Below are positions 25,894 to 46,146 of a stretch of 64,000 bases of DNA, piece after piece. The notes under the pieces are model-generated. The model saw nothing but the letters and a program-made list of their open reading frames with translations, did no database searches and was not told where the DNA came from. The translations under genes were made by a program, and so were the position numbers. Numbering within the stretch: position 1 is the stretch's first letter; each line of letters starts with the position of its first letter. Source of the stretch: Amoebidium appalachense (Eukaryota; Protista; Ichthyosporea); the NCBI GenBank assembly GCA_963693365.1, contig CAVNZM010000016.1, forward strand, positions 334,095-398,094, in the 5' to 3' direction.

Positions 25894-25966
25894 GATCTCG
25901 TAGCTCAGTTGGTAGAGCACTCGACCGGAGATAGAGGGGTCGCGGGTTCAAATCCCGTCGGGATCA
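25894..25966 (+). tRNA. tRNA-like gene in the TRIM LTR (Phe-like body, GGA at the anticodon position)
   Basis: 73-nt cloverleaf: acceptor GATCTCG/CGGGATC, box A TAGCTCAGTTGG, box B GGTTCAAATCC, loop CCGGAGA; followed by TTTTT. Confidence 0.85.
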
Positions 25967-26263
25967 TCTTTTTCTCATCCTCTTCTCGCTGGGGTAAAAG
26001 CCAGCACGCCTTTACTGGCGTCATCACAACCATCGGCAGTGGTTAGGTTGTGATCTCAAGGCTAGCAAGATCGCTAGTCTCTGCACCAGGACAAAATCCA
26101 AAATGGTAGCATGAACAGGGGTTCAGTGGGGACTGAGGGGGCAGTCCACCCTAACCTGATTCTGCGATTCGTCCTGAGTGGGGATGTTGGAAGATGGTAT
26201 CGTTATCCAGTCCGATCGCATGAATCAGATCATGATCGGCTGGTGGCCTGCGAGATCTTAACC

Positions 26264-26336
26264 GATCTCGTAGCTCAGTTGGTAGAGCACTCGACCGGAG
26301 ATAGAGGGGTCGCGGGTTCAAATCCCGTCGGGATCA
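26264..26336 (+). tRNA. Second identical tRNA-like copy in the other TRIM LTR
   Basis: Same sequence as 25894-25966. Confidence 0.85.
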
Positions 26337-26478
26337 TCTTTTTCTCATCCTCTTCTCGCTGGGGTAAAAGCCAGCACGCCTTTACTGGCGTCATCACAAC
26401 CATCGGCAGTGGTTAGGTTGTGATCTCAAGGCTAGCAAGATCGCTAGTCTCTGCACCAGGACAAAATCCAATACTCGG

Positions 26479-28898
26479 CGCTGTCCCATTGGCTGACAGA
26501 CGAGACGAATCAGATTGCTGATCATTCCGGACGATGTGATTGGCTGGCTGATTTGACGAATCAGATGACTCCAAAAAATGATGAATTGCCGGTGCGGTCG
26601 ACCAATCAGATGGGACATCACGGAGGGGGTGCAGAATAGCAGCCTCGTCGAACTGCACGTCACGGCTGACGGTCATCTTGTGTGCTGCTGGAATCCAGAC
26701 CTTGTAGCCCTTGATGTTAGGAGGGTAGCCCACGAAGATGCCCTTGACGGCACGAGGCGCCAGTTTCGGTGTATCCTGTTGATGGACGTAGCAGGGAGAG
26801 CCCCAGACACGGAGCCGGCTGTAGTCGGGAGGAATGCCGGTCCACAGCAGGGCGGGAGACGATTGGCTGCCGGTGGCTCGCGACGGGAGCATGTTGCGTA
26901 TAAAAGCCGCGGTCACAGCTGCCTCGGCCCAGAATCCCACCGGAAGGCCGGACTGCTGCAGGAGTGCCCGAACCATGTCGAGGAGGGTCCGGTTCAGTCG
27001 TTCGGCAGTCCCATTCTGTTGAGGAGAGCCGGTGGTAGTGATCTGATGGCGAATGCCATGCTCACGGTTGTAGTCCCCGAAGGCCGTGCCCATGTACTCG
27101 CCCCCCCGTCGGACTGAAACACCTGCATGGGAACACCGTGTTGGGTAACCGCCGCCTTGTGGTACGTCACATATGCAGCCAGTGTGTCCGACTTCTTGAC
27201 GAGGGGCACGGCCGTGGTGTGGCCGGTGAATTCGTCGTGGAACGTCGCCAAGTACTGAGCACCACCGATCGCGGGAGGGAAGGGGCCGCTGATGTCGCTG
27301 TGAACCTTGGCTAGGACCCGGGGAGCTTGGCTAGTTGATTCGGAGAAGGCAACACGGTGGGCTTTGCCGAGGGCACAGGGCTCACACACACCCGGAGACT
27401 TGGCACCGCCACCCACCAACAGGCCTGCAGACTTGATGACCGAGCGTACAGCGTCAATGCCAGCATGGCCCAGACGGTAGTGCCACGTGTTGAGGTCGGC
27501 AGTAACCTTGAGGATACGCGGAGCAGTGGTGGTTTGGGCGTCCGGGGTTGTGTCCGCGGGCAGAAGAGACACCGCCATGTGGTACAGCTTGGTGCCGACA
27601 GCCGAGCCGGTGGCCAGAATTTGATCGCCGTAGCACAACTTAACGCCGCCGCGGGTGTCAAAGCGGGGTAAAACACCGTTGGTAGTTGCCGTGAACACAC
27701 TGATGAGAGTGTCGGGGATGGAGGGCACGTAGAGTACATCCGTCAGCTGATGCACCGCAGTAACGCCGTCGATGGTGCTGGAAAAGAACACGTCGCCCAC
27801 CCCAAGCACTGCACATGCACCCTTGTCGGCTACTTGGACCGTGGAGTAAGGCGCCGCACGCATGTTGATGAACACATCGGGCCGGGGGCACACATGGTCA
27901 GTGGCTCCAGAGTCGAGGAGCACCTTGTTGGTGCCACAGTCGTTGCTAGACATGAGGAAAGCCCGGGGAGCGGCAGCCCCCCCCTTGCACTGTGCCGTAG
28001 TGTGGGTAGTAGAGGCAGGGTGGTTGATGCAGGACCCAGGCGGGAGGGGACCACCCTTAGGTTTGCGGCCGTTGGCACGGTTGCCCCCCTTGCACATGGC
28101 GGTAGTGTGACTGGTAGACAGTGGGTGGTTGACGCAGGAACCCTTGGGGTAGGTGCTGGCACGGTTGTTGCCAGAGTTGCTGTGTTGGCCGTTGCCGTTG
28201 GGGCACTGAGACTTGATGTGGCCTGGTTTGCCGCAGCCGTGGCAGATGACAGGTTGAGGAGCCCGTGTGGTGAAGGCGGCCGGCCCGGAGCTGGTAGTCA
28301 CACGTGCACGTGGGTGGCTGGTCTCATATGCCCGTAGCTGTTGGAGGAGGCCCATCACGGTAGGCTTGGGTGTCATCTTGTAGGCAATTACAGGCATTTC
28401 GTAGTAAGGCACCTTGCCGAGGTCGTTGGTGAGCTTGGTCAGCACTTGAGCATCACCAATTTGTGTGCCGTAATCGGCCAGGCGTCGCACGTAGCCGCGG
28501 AGTTTCATGGCGTATTTCGTCGCGGTGTCCGTAGGTTCAGGCGTAGAATTCATGTACAGCCCGATAAGGTCGTACTGATTGGCCTCAGATTGCTCCAGGT
28601 AGTGGGCAGATAGGGCCGACCATATCTCCGCAGGTGTGGTGGTGCGTGTTAACCCTAGGATACAACGCACGTCAACCGAGAGTGCTTGCCACAGGTAGGA
28701 ACGGGCAGTGTCGACCTGTTCACGGGTAGCCGGGTGCTCCGTACTGGGCGCGATGGTGTGGAGAAGACCAGCACCAGAAAGCTGGACATACATGGTTTCG
28801 GCCCATGTGTGGTAGTCCGTGCCTGAATCATTATCAATGCCAGTGAAGAGAGGGATGTCGACCTTGAACTTGATGGAATCATTACGTGAGGGGCCCAT
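26479..28898 (-). pseudogene. Minus-strand copia gag-protease-integrase (frameshift in a G run near 27105)
   Basis: CHGCGKPGHIKSQC, LDSGATDH, WHYRLGH, VHSD, SDGG, PQQNGTAERLNRTL, FWAEA. Confidence 0.9.
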
Positions 28899-28914
28899 AA
28901 CCCTGTTGGACATT

Positions 28915-29942
28915 TGTTGGAAGTAGAGTCCGCTGTGACTAGGGTCGTCGTGGCGCGCTTGGGCGCTGACCCGTTTTTTACTGCTTTCAGTGTGTTAACT
29001 CCATGACTGAACTCCATGACTTAACTCCATGACTTAACTCCATGACTGCACCTGGCAGAGACGTGGCTTATATACCCGTGGGGCAGCAGTCTGGAATGTA
29101 ATCCGGATGCCAGGTGCTAATCGGATTGGTTACTTTCATTTAGAGATCTCTGGGACCAGTGAACCAATCGTTTGCAGTCAAAACACAATTGGCAACATTC
29201 CTCAACTATGCAGATGTGCATGTGGTGATCGAGTGTCAGCGTGTGTCTGTGTACACGGAACCAATTGTAAAGCTAACATACACATATTGTGGAGTGAGCG
29301 TAAGTCTGCACTCCAACACCCCTACCCAATTGGAGAAGTGTACACACCACTAGAGAAGAGAGAGTGAGTGTGGCTGCTTGCAGGGTAGACCGGGGTGTGC
29401 ATTCCACTGTGGTGCGTGCCCCGCCAATGAAGTGGAATACTTGACGTTGATGTCGCAGGCTGCTGCGGATGGAGTTTGTGGAAGCGAAAGTCTCTAATGA
29501 AGTTAGAGGCCGCGGTGTCGTGTCTGGGCCCATAACCCTGTTGGAAGTAGAGTCCGCTGTGACTAGGGTCGTCGTGGCGCGCTTGGGCGCTGACCCGTTT
29601 TTTACTGCTTTCAGTGTGTTAACTCCATGACTGAACTCCATGACTTAACTCCATGACTTAACTCCATGACTGCACCTGGCAGAGACGTGGCTTATATACC
29701 CGTGGGGCAGCAGTCTGGAATGTAATCCGGATGCCAGGTGCTAATCGGATTGGTTACTTTCATTTAGAGATCTCTGGGACCAGTGAACCAATCGTTTGCA
29801 GTCAAAACACAATTGGCAACATTCCTCAACTATGCAGATGTGCATGTGGTGATCGAGTGTCAGCGTGTGTCTGTGTACACGGAACCAATTGTAAAGCTAA
29901 CATACACATATTGTGGAGTGAGCGTAAGTCTGCACTCCAACA
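28915..29942 (-). mobile_element. 1028-bp TRIM inserted in the copia 5' LTR
   Basis: 404-bp LTRs 28915-29318 and 29539-29942; TSD ACATT; PBS GGTTATGGGCCCAG; PPT GGGTAGGGG. Confidence 0.93.
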
Positions 29943-30972
29943 ACATTGTGTTCATAGAAGCTAGTTCTAGTGCACGTTGTTCCTTCTGTAAGTCAGAAAT
30001 GATTGCATCTTGTGAGGCCAACCTCTGCTCCAGTAGTTGGACTAGTTGCTGCAACTGTAAGTTGTCAGACATAGTGTCGTGTATGATGGGTAACTAGTCT
30101 ATGTGTTTTGTGCACTGGAAACGACAGTAGAAAAGTGTAAATCAAACGTTCTGCTTCCCATGTTTGTGACATGGGAGGCACTGCTTTATATAGTCGTTGG
30201 CCACCTCATGGTGGCCTCGTGTGCACCCTGGTGGTGGGCCATGTACAGCATGGCCGAAAAGAGAGCACAATGAAAACAAGTCGTTAAAGATATAAAAGTT
30301 AACTGTGCACGTTGAGTGGCTAGTTAACTTGCACTAAAGCACACAAATAAACGTGTTTAACACACCAATTGCAGTTAAACGTAAATCTTGCTTCACACAA
30401 CTAAAAATATTCTGAGAATATCCGGGAATAAAGCACACTACCACTCTAAGAATAGAATCCTGTGGCAAATATAGACATGACATCATCTGAACCGGGAATA
30501 GCCGAAAAGAGAGCACAATTAGCACGTTGCTAGTGAAGCTCGTCATTGGTACAGTTTTGGCTCAAACATATAACTACCATATATGAATATGACCGTAAAC
30601 AAAAGCTCTATGCACTCGAGTGAGTGTTGAAACAGTTATTCAATTGCTCAGAAACTTTCTCTAACAGACATTGCTAGCCGGGAGTACCAGTGTACTCCAA
30701 CATGCCAACCCGGTGTTTATTCTAACCACACCGGAGGGGGTTTCTGTGCCATTGTTTCCGGGAGGGGGGGGACACACACGAGTAAAGGGGGAAGGGGGGG
30801 GAAGGCACAGACACGTAGAAACACACCACCACAACAACATACGACGGTTGCAGACACACCTACACCCACACACACACCCACACATACACCAAACACACAC
30901 ACACCACCCACCCACACACCACACACACACACTCCACCACCACCCACATCACATACACACCCCACCCCACCC

Positions 30973-33900
30973 GTGCAGGCACCACAGGTAGGTATGTTGC
31001 ACGTAGGTATCGAGGGTGTGAGTCTTCGTGGGCATGGATTGGGTGTGAGTGATGATGTGTTGCTTGAATTGGAGGAGGATTTAGTTGGTTTTAGCCGGCA
31101 TTATATAGACGTATGGTTAGCTGATGGTAAGTTGAAGGCTGTTGCTTTGCTCGATGGAGGGGCTCAGGTTAATTGTGTGCATGCTTCGTTTATTCGTCGT
31201 TTTAATCAGGCCGGGGGGGAAATTCCTATTTTAGATGCTTCTAGCACAGCCTTAGGTAGTGCTAATAATAGTAGTATGTCTGTGGAAGGTGTTTGTGTGT
31301 TGCCGTGTGAGATAGGTGGCCAGGCTATGCATGTTGCTTGTTATGTGGTTAAGGATTTAGCTCAAAGTGTTTTGTTGGGAGCCCCATTTTTCCGTAGACA
31401 TGTGAATGCTTTGTTTGAACGTACGAATGTTTTAGAATTGCAGTCCGGCGTTAAAATTAAAACCCATGATGGGCTCGACGGTTATCAGTCTGGTGCTAGA
31501 ACAGTAGCTGAAGTAGTAATCGAGCCTTATCAGTGCCAAACGGTACGTGTCCGGGCCGGCAATCATGTTAGGATAGGGGATTTAGGGGTTTTTACTCCGA
31601 AAACCCCATTTCAGGAGGTGGCCCAATGGACCCTTAGTAGGGTATGGCCGGATAAGACAATAGAAATAGAATTAGTGAATCCGGGCATCGAGCCTATAGT
31701 GATTAGGTCAGGTGTTTCCGTCGGTAGTTTCACTAATGAGATTGGTAGTATAGAGGTCTCTCTTATTACCCAAAAGGAGGATGCCGGCTCGAAGGGTGAC
31801 TCAGGAGGAGGGGGAACAACTTTATTTAACGTTAGCCACCAAAATGTCACCCGACACGATGGGGGGGGGGACCGGGACAGCACCGGTCCCACTCCCCCGA
31901 CCCCCAAGAGGAAGGAGGGTCACCCCGGGTGTGAGAATGTGCAGGCAGGGGGGGAGGGTGTTGGTCTAACCCGTGGATCTGACGGGTTAACCAACACCGT
32001 GGGGGGCAGGGTGGCCACAGACCTGGCCCCCCACATACATGCACTAACTCATCAGGAATTGCCCGGGGGCATGGGTGTGCCGGGGGGAGGGGGGGGTGCT
32101 AAGGGTGACCGCCTATATCCGGAGGTACCTCAATCTCACCCCGAGCAGCACCGATGTAATACAGGAGGTGAAATGTTAAGTGGCACTCCGGTGAATAAGG
32201 ATGCATCCACTTGTGATGGGGGTAAACCGGAGTTAGTATTGCCGTTTGGTATGAAGGAGGGGGATTGGACGGTAGAACAGAAAAAATTGCTAGCTAAGTT
32301 ATTTGATAGGACTCGGTTTGCATTTCTGGCCGATGATAACGAAGTAGGCTTCGTTAAAGGGTTTGAAATGCAGATCGACACAGGTGATAATAGGCCGGTA
32401 GTGATGCCTAGCTATAGAATGGAGCAGTATAAATTGTCGGATGCGCTAATAATAGTGAGTGATATGTTAAAAAAGGGTCATGTGGAGCATAGTTCGAGTC
32501 CGTGGAGAAGTCCGGTGCTATTGGTTAAGAAGCCCGACGGGTCTTGGCGTCTAGTGAACGATTACAGGGCTCTGAATCGGATCACTAAGGCAGACCAATG
32601 GCCTCTCCCTAACATAGACGAGCAGCTTTCACAGCTGCACGGCTATACTCACTTTGCTAAACTTGATTTAAAAGCAGCTTTTAAATTTGGCAGATAAGGT
32701 TGGAGGAGAGCAGCAAGGAGAAGACTGCCTTTGCACTGGGTGACCAGCTGTTCCAGTACAAGGTGGTGCCGATGGGTTTGCTCTCCTCTCCAGCTATGTT
32801 GTGCCGGGTAATGTATAAAATTCTCCACCCTCATTTGGATGTATGCCACCCTTATTTGGATGATGTTTTAATTAAAGGTAGGTCATTTGAGGAGCTAGTT
32901 AATAATTGTGAAAAAGTATTTTTAGCTTTGGGTGAGTCTGGTCTTCGCATTAGCGGTAGCAAGACTGTGATTGGTGTGCCGGAGGTTAAGTTTTTAGGTC
33001 ATATTGTGTCTAGTAATGGTCTTTCCCCTGATCCGGAGAAAATCCGGGCCATAGTTGAGTGGCCCCGTCTTCAGACTGTCACTCAACTAAGGCAATTTTT
33101 AGGTTTAACTAATTATCTTCGTCGTTATATTAAGGATTATAGTATGCTTGCTTTGCCGTTAACTAGTCAGACGGGGGGGGAGAAGAAGAATAGAATAGAT
33201 TGGAATGTTGATGCTGTTTCTGCTTTCGAAAAGCTTAAGTTAGCTTTGCAGTCTTCGAGTATGCTTGTTCATCCTGATTTTTCGGCCGGGGGGGGGATGT
33301 TTAAAGTTCGGTGTGATGCAAGTAAGGTTGCTGAGGGGGCCGTGTTATATCAAGTGCAGGAGGGGCAGGATAGAGTGATTGCTTATGCTAGTCGTTCATT
33401 TAGTAAAAGTGAACGTAGATATAGCAATCCGGAGAGAGAGTCCCATGCTATCTTTTGGGCAGTCTCACAGGCATGGAGGTATATACTCGCAGGCAGGACG
33501 TTTGAGGTCTACACCGACCACAGGCCCTGCCTAGCCATGGCCGGCACCACTCGTCTGGTCAACGAGAGGATGCAGAAGTGGGCCGCGGCTCTCGGTGAGT
33601 TCTCCTATAAATTGTTTTATGCCAAGGGTGAAACAATGGTTGACTGTGATGCTCTCTCTCGTGCTGCTTATATTTTGTTTGAAGAAGAGAAGGAGGGGGA
33701 GGGGGGGGCTAGTGAGAGACGGGGGGGGGAGGGGGGGAAGGGGGGGGAGAGTGAGCAGAAAGGAATAGATGCTGTGTCTGTTGATGTGTCTTCTTGGGCT
33801 CCGGGGTTGCTTGCTTATAAGTGTAGGGGAGGGGGGGGGAGGTATTTGTCAGTGTCTGAGGTCGGGACCGAGCCTCATGGCTCGGCCCCCGCCTTAGCAC

Positions 33901-34570
33901 CTACGGCTTTGATCTTAGCTCAGGAGGAAGATGTGTTGATTGGTCTGGTTAAGAATTATTTAAATGGGCCGGTTGATTCGATTAAATTTAAAAATAAAAG
34001 GCAGATGATTAAGGTAGCTAAGTTAGCAAAAATGTGTCAGGTAGAGCAGGATTTAGTTTATCATTGTTCTGGGCCAGACGGACACCGAGTTTGGGTCCCG
34101 ACGGCACTTGTGCCTGAGGTTTTGCATATGGTGCATGAGCATCCCATGGCTGGTCATTTAGGTGTAAATAGGACGTTGCTTCGTGTTAATCGTTCGTATT
34201 TTTGGCCGGGTATGAGTAGGGAGGTGAGGGATTATGTGTTGTCATGCATGCATTGTCAGGAAAGGAATGAGAGTCCCCACTCTCGTTCCCGCCCGTCGTT
34301 TATTAGGGATTTTAATGTTCGTATGTTTGAAAGGGTAGCAGTGGATGTGGTCGGTCCTTTTAATTCTACGGTTGAGGGTAACACTGTTCTTGTTACCGTC
34401 ACCGATGTGGCCACTCGTTGGGTTGAAGTTTTTCCTCTCCCCACTGCTAATGCCGTTTTGTTTGCTCGTATTTTTGTGGATGAAATTTGTCTTAGGTTTG
34501 GTTGTCCTCGTGTTTTGTTAACGGATAGGAGTCGTGTGTTTTTAAATCAGTTGGTGTCGGAGGTGTGTAA
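30973..34570 (+). pseudogene. pol: Gypsy pol: protease, RT, RNase H, integrase N-terminus; frameshift at ~32685
   Basis: LLDGGA, SPVLLVKKPDGSWRLVNDYRALN, YLDD, CDAS, YTDH, integrase H-H-C-C, AVDVVGP. Confidence 0.92.
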
Positions 34571-37624
<3,054 letters not shown>

Positions 37625-38764
37625 TAAAATTTTAAGGGTAGCTCATATCACTACGTCTGCATATCACCCTCAAGCAAATGCCATCTCTGAACGTGTGCAT
37701 GCAGTGTTTCAGAAGTCCTTTGGCAAAATGGTGGATGTGGAGGCTAATGATTGGGATCAGATGTCTAGGTTTATTGCTCATTCATATAAGTCTACCCCTC
37801 ATGCTGTGACTGGTTTTCCTCCGTTTTATTTGGTCTATGGGCAGGACGCTATTAGTTTGTTAGATACGGCACTTTTGCCGATGGGGGGGGGGCTGACCGA
37901 CTAACTTATCCCCACTGGACTGAGTTCCGGGAGCAGCTACTAACCCGGGCCCGGGCTGCACGTGATGCAGCTCTGGCCCGTACACAGCAGGCACAGACAC
38001 GTGCAGACGTGTCCACACGTCCGTTACGTGAATTTGCTGAGGGTACTTTAGTTTTAATTAGGGATCATACTAGGAAAAAGAGATATAAGCAGGAGCAGGA
38101 AGGTAAGGGTGAAGGTGAAGGTCTTCGTAAGTATGGTAAGAAATGGTTGCCTCTTTTCATTGGCCCGTATAAAATAGTGGCTAGGTTAGGTCCGACGGAA
38201 TATAAGGTGCAGAGGTTAGATAATGAGAGTGATGTTAGATTTTATAATGTAGATGATATAAAGGAATATTATGATAGGTCCCTTAGGGTTAAACGGCCGG
38301 AGGGCCGTCGAGTGTTAGATGCATTCACCCCCGACTATGACGGGTCGGTGGATGTATCGGAGGCTGCAGTGGATAAAATTATGGATAAAAAGGTTATCGA
38401 AGGTAAGGAAGGTAAGGTAAATTATTATTTAATTCGTTTTGAGGGAGGTTATCAGGAAGATCAGTGGTTGCCTGAGTTTCATTTGGATTGCCCGTTTTCT
38501 ATTCGTGCTTATGAGGCTAGATTAGTGCAGAGGGAGTTGCCTAGTGCTCCCTCTAGGCCAAAGAGAGTTATTCCTCAGTTTAATCGTGGTGTGAAGAAGT
38601 CGGTGGGGGAGGGGGCCGGGGGGGGGAGTGATGCAAATACACGTAGACACACGGGGGGAGGGGGAGGGGGGGAGGAGACAGAGGAGGAGTGTGAACGTAG
38701 TCGTAGGAATTTAATTTATTATCATAGGTGTCTCCGTAGGTATCAAGCTTATGGTGTAGATTGA
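37625..38764 (+). pseudogene. Gypsy integrase C-terminus with GPY motif and chromodomain
   Basis: AYHPQANAISER, FIGPYKI, VDKIMDKK..YYLIRFEG..DQWLPE..L. Confidence 0.88.
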
Positions 38765-38948
38765 TTTATTATTTTTCTTCGTAATTTATTTAATTTAATT
38801 TTTTTTAGGAGACTGATTAGTCTATGTCTTTTTAGGGGGTGTTAGATGTAATGTGACTGAGGTGGGACTCAGCTTTTCCGGGGGCCGGGGGGGGAGTTGA
38901 CATATACTAATCCGTCTCAGCAGATTAGCCTAAGTCTACGATCGAGAT

Positions 38949-38991
<43 letters not shown>

Positions 38992-40869
38992 GGCCCGGGT
39001 CCACAGATCATCAAGATCAAGTCCGGGGCCTCAAGATAGCTGTACAGCTGCGTGCATCTTGCCTCTGCCGGCGCAGGGCATTGGACCACGTCAGCCGGGA
39101 CAGCCGACCAATAGAATTCTAATTAGTGTGTAGGATAGATCGTAGGAGGACTTAGGAATGTGATTGTTCGGGCAGAAGCCCTTTTGTAAGTATTGGCAAG
39201 GTTTGATAGTGTATGTTGCCAAACGTATTTATATAATTAGATGTAGAGGAAAGGGGGGGAGGGAGGGGGGGGAGGATAGTATGAAATGTAGATTTAGACT
39301 CTGCGGTGCCACTAGGGGGAGGGTGAGGGGTGAGACATGGATAAATATATTAGTTGAGTAGATCGACTTAGCTCGTGCAGGCGCACGATAAAAGTAGATC
39401 GGAATGTTTGGAATGTGGCATCGTAGGGGGCCAGGTGATGATGATCTTTGAGGGCACGGCCTTGATGGCCTCAGTTGTAACTTAGTCTCATTCCGTACGG
39501 ATCTAAGTTTGCCCGTCGGAGCCTGGTCTGAATAAACTTTACCGTTTTTCCGTACACGTTCGTTCCTTTTCGTGTGTGTACACTTAGTAGAGTGCCGCGT
39601 CTCTAGTACATATACATTAGGATACGACAGTATGGATACCACCCTAGTAGATAAGTCTGTATGGTGCTCTGATGTTGATATTGCCTGGGAAGTTGTGCAG
39701 TGGCGTTGTAATTTTTGTTTCCATCGCTGCTGGTGCCACTTTTGTGCTGAACGTTTTAATCGCAAGCATGTTGATAGGTCACTGAATTTTTATGTCGCGT
39801 TTTACCTCTTTCCCTACGGATGTCTGCTACACTGGCTCGCAATGTGACCACTTTAAACTATTTGTTGAATTCTGTTGGTCGTCACATTGAGTATTTATAT
39901 GTTTTTCACACAGTGTTCAGGTATCTCAGTATGCACTTGTTACTGGATAGCTCGTGAAGTTTTATAAAACCGAGACAAAAGAAAAAAGTTTTTATTGTCT
40001 TCTCGGTATGCCGTGTATACTTGCATATCTTGCCATCGAATAAATTCAGTCAAAAGAAAAAGAAAAAAAAATACAAAAGCCCTCACTCTCGGATACGGAG
40101 GAGGAAAAAACTTGCCGGAATAGCCAAGGCATCCGATCCTTGACTACCCCGGTTGGAGTTAGCTTATGTAGAGGGCCATTGCCATAGTCCTGCACCCATG
40201 CGAGTCCCATCAGGGCATCCGATCCCCAATGCAACAAAAAGTGTGTAAACCCCCCGAGTTTTTATGTCGCTTTTTACCTCCGAGTCTTTCCCTCCGGGTG
40301 TCTGCTACACTAGTACTGGAGCCTGGCAATGTGAACACTTAACACAATGTTCAGGTATCTCAGTATGCACTTGTTACTGGATAACTCGTGAAGTTTTTAT
40401 TGTCTTCTCAGTATGCCGTGCATACTTGCATATCTTTCCGTCGGCGAGGGGGAGGAGGGGGGGGAGGGGGGGGGGAGGTTGAGGGGGGGGAGGGGGGGGG
40501 GGGGGGGCATGAGAGGGAGGAGTAAATCTCGCATCGTAAGTATGAGCACCGTGTACTGTCACGCACATTTTGGGGTGGTGCCGGATATATTTACACACTG
40601 CTTGCAGGCAAAAGTAGCTATAGGTGCTCACGGAATACATTTTTTCTAACTACCTTTTGAATAAACCAAATACTAACATATTTCTTTACAATATAGCCTG
40701 ATATGAAGCCTCACTAGAATTTAGTCCATATGCACCAGTATACGTACTGATGATACGGGGGTCGCATGCTGAATCGCATGTCACGCGGCAGCGTACGGCC
40801 TACAACTTCCAGCCCTGCGCCAGCGCTGGCAGGTTGTGTGACGTCATCTGTAGGACGTCAGTTGCGGGT

Positions 40870-40962
40870 CGGCCCGGGAACCAGTGTTTCGAGCCGGGAA
40901 CCACTGTTTCAAACTCGGGAACTGAGGTTTCGAGCCGGGAACTACGGTTCTGGCCTGGGAAC
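40870..40962. repeat. Five degenerate ~20-bp GGGAAC repeats
   Basis: CGGGAAC(C/T)..GTTTC recurs about every 20 bp. Confidence 0.7.
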
Positions 40963-41779
40963 TAGCCCTGGATTCGACCCGTATTTGTTCCCGGGAACTG
41001 CATTCCAGCAGCTGGAATGCGGGAACACGGTATCACTGAGGTGCTGCCCGGATTCCGCTTGAACTTCGAAGGGTGACAGACGAGCATGTGATTGGATGGC
41101 AAAGCCAATGAGCGCTTTGATTGGCGTTAATTACTAGCATCTGGATTGGGGGAAAGGCGGTCATATTTGTGATTGGCACTCCAATTTGTAGGGTTTCAAA
41201 TGTAGTCATATGGGGCCATCCGATAGTGCACGGTGACTTCAAAAAGACGTGAAAATAGTTCTGGAGTTTTTGGATTTGGAAGTGACAAGGTTTGATGGTG
41301 GCGCTTATAGGTTAGCTGTATGAAAATACAAAGCATTTATTTTTCATTATGTATATTTCATTATTGACTTTTTTCTTTTTTGGAATCCAGCAAGTTGGGG
41401 CACCATACGTTTCTATGCACACCCATCCGGCTCTGACGCAAAATTCGTGGGAATCATTGAAATGATTCCTAACCCCGGGCCCTTGCTAATGGGTTCTCTT
41501 TAGATCACACGTTTTTCATTTTACAAGGGGGAGCCGAGAAAATGAGCATTTACATTTGATTGATTGATTCCTACATAGCAAAATTTGCTTACCTTGTGAT
41601 TGTCCCCCTTTTCGAAAGGCCTTCCCATATTTCTTGGGGGGAATGTGCTGTTTATTGCGAACTTCTTTCGGACTAAGCAACAAAACTGAACGTGCAGCCA
41701 TCACCGTAGTGAGCCCTGGATTCGACCCGTATTTGTTCCCGGGAACTGCATCCCAGCAGCTGGAATGCGGGAACACGGT

Positions 41780-46146
<4,367 letters not shown>

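Larger units (their letters stand above)
25815..26473 (+). mobile_element. 659-bp TRIM with tRNA-containing LTRs
   Basis: 289-bp LTRs 25815-26103 and 26185-26473; 81-bp core with PBS TGGTAGCATGA and PPT GAGTGGGGA; TSD CTCGG. Confidence 0.92.
16368..30702 (-). mobile_element. Ty1/copia element (minus strand) nested in the gypsy element
   Basis: 3' LTR 16368-17133; 5' LTR 28904-28914 + 29948-30702 (split by a TRIM). PBS GGTTATGGGCCC; PPT GAGTAGGGG; TSD CCAAC with 2 extra nt on one side. Confidence 0.93.

Noticed and set aside
39635-40860. Host gene or continuation of the P-like transposase
   Set aside because: Only short broken frames with no motif I can support.
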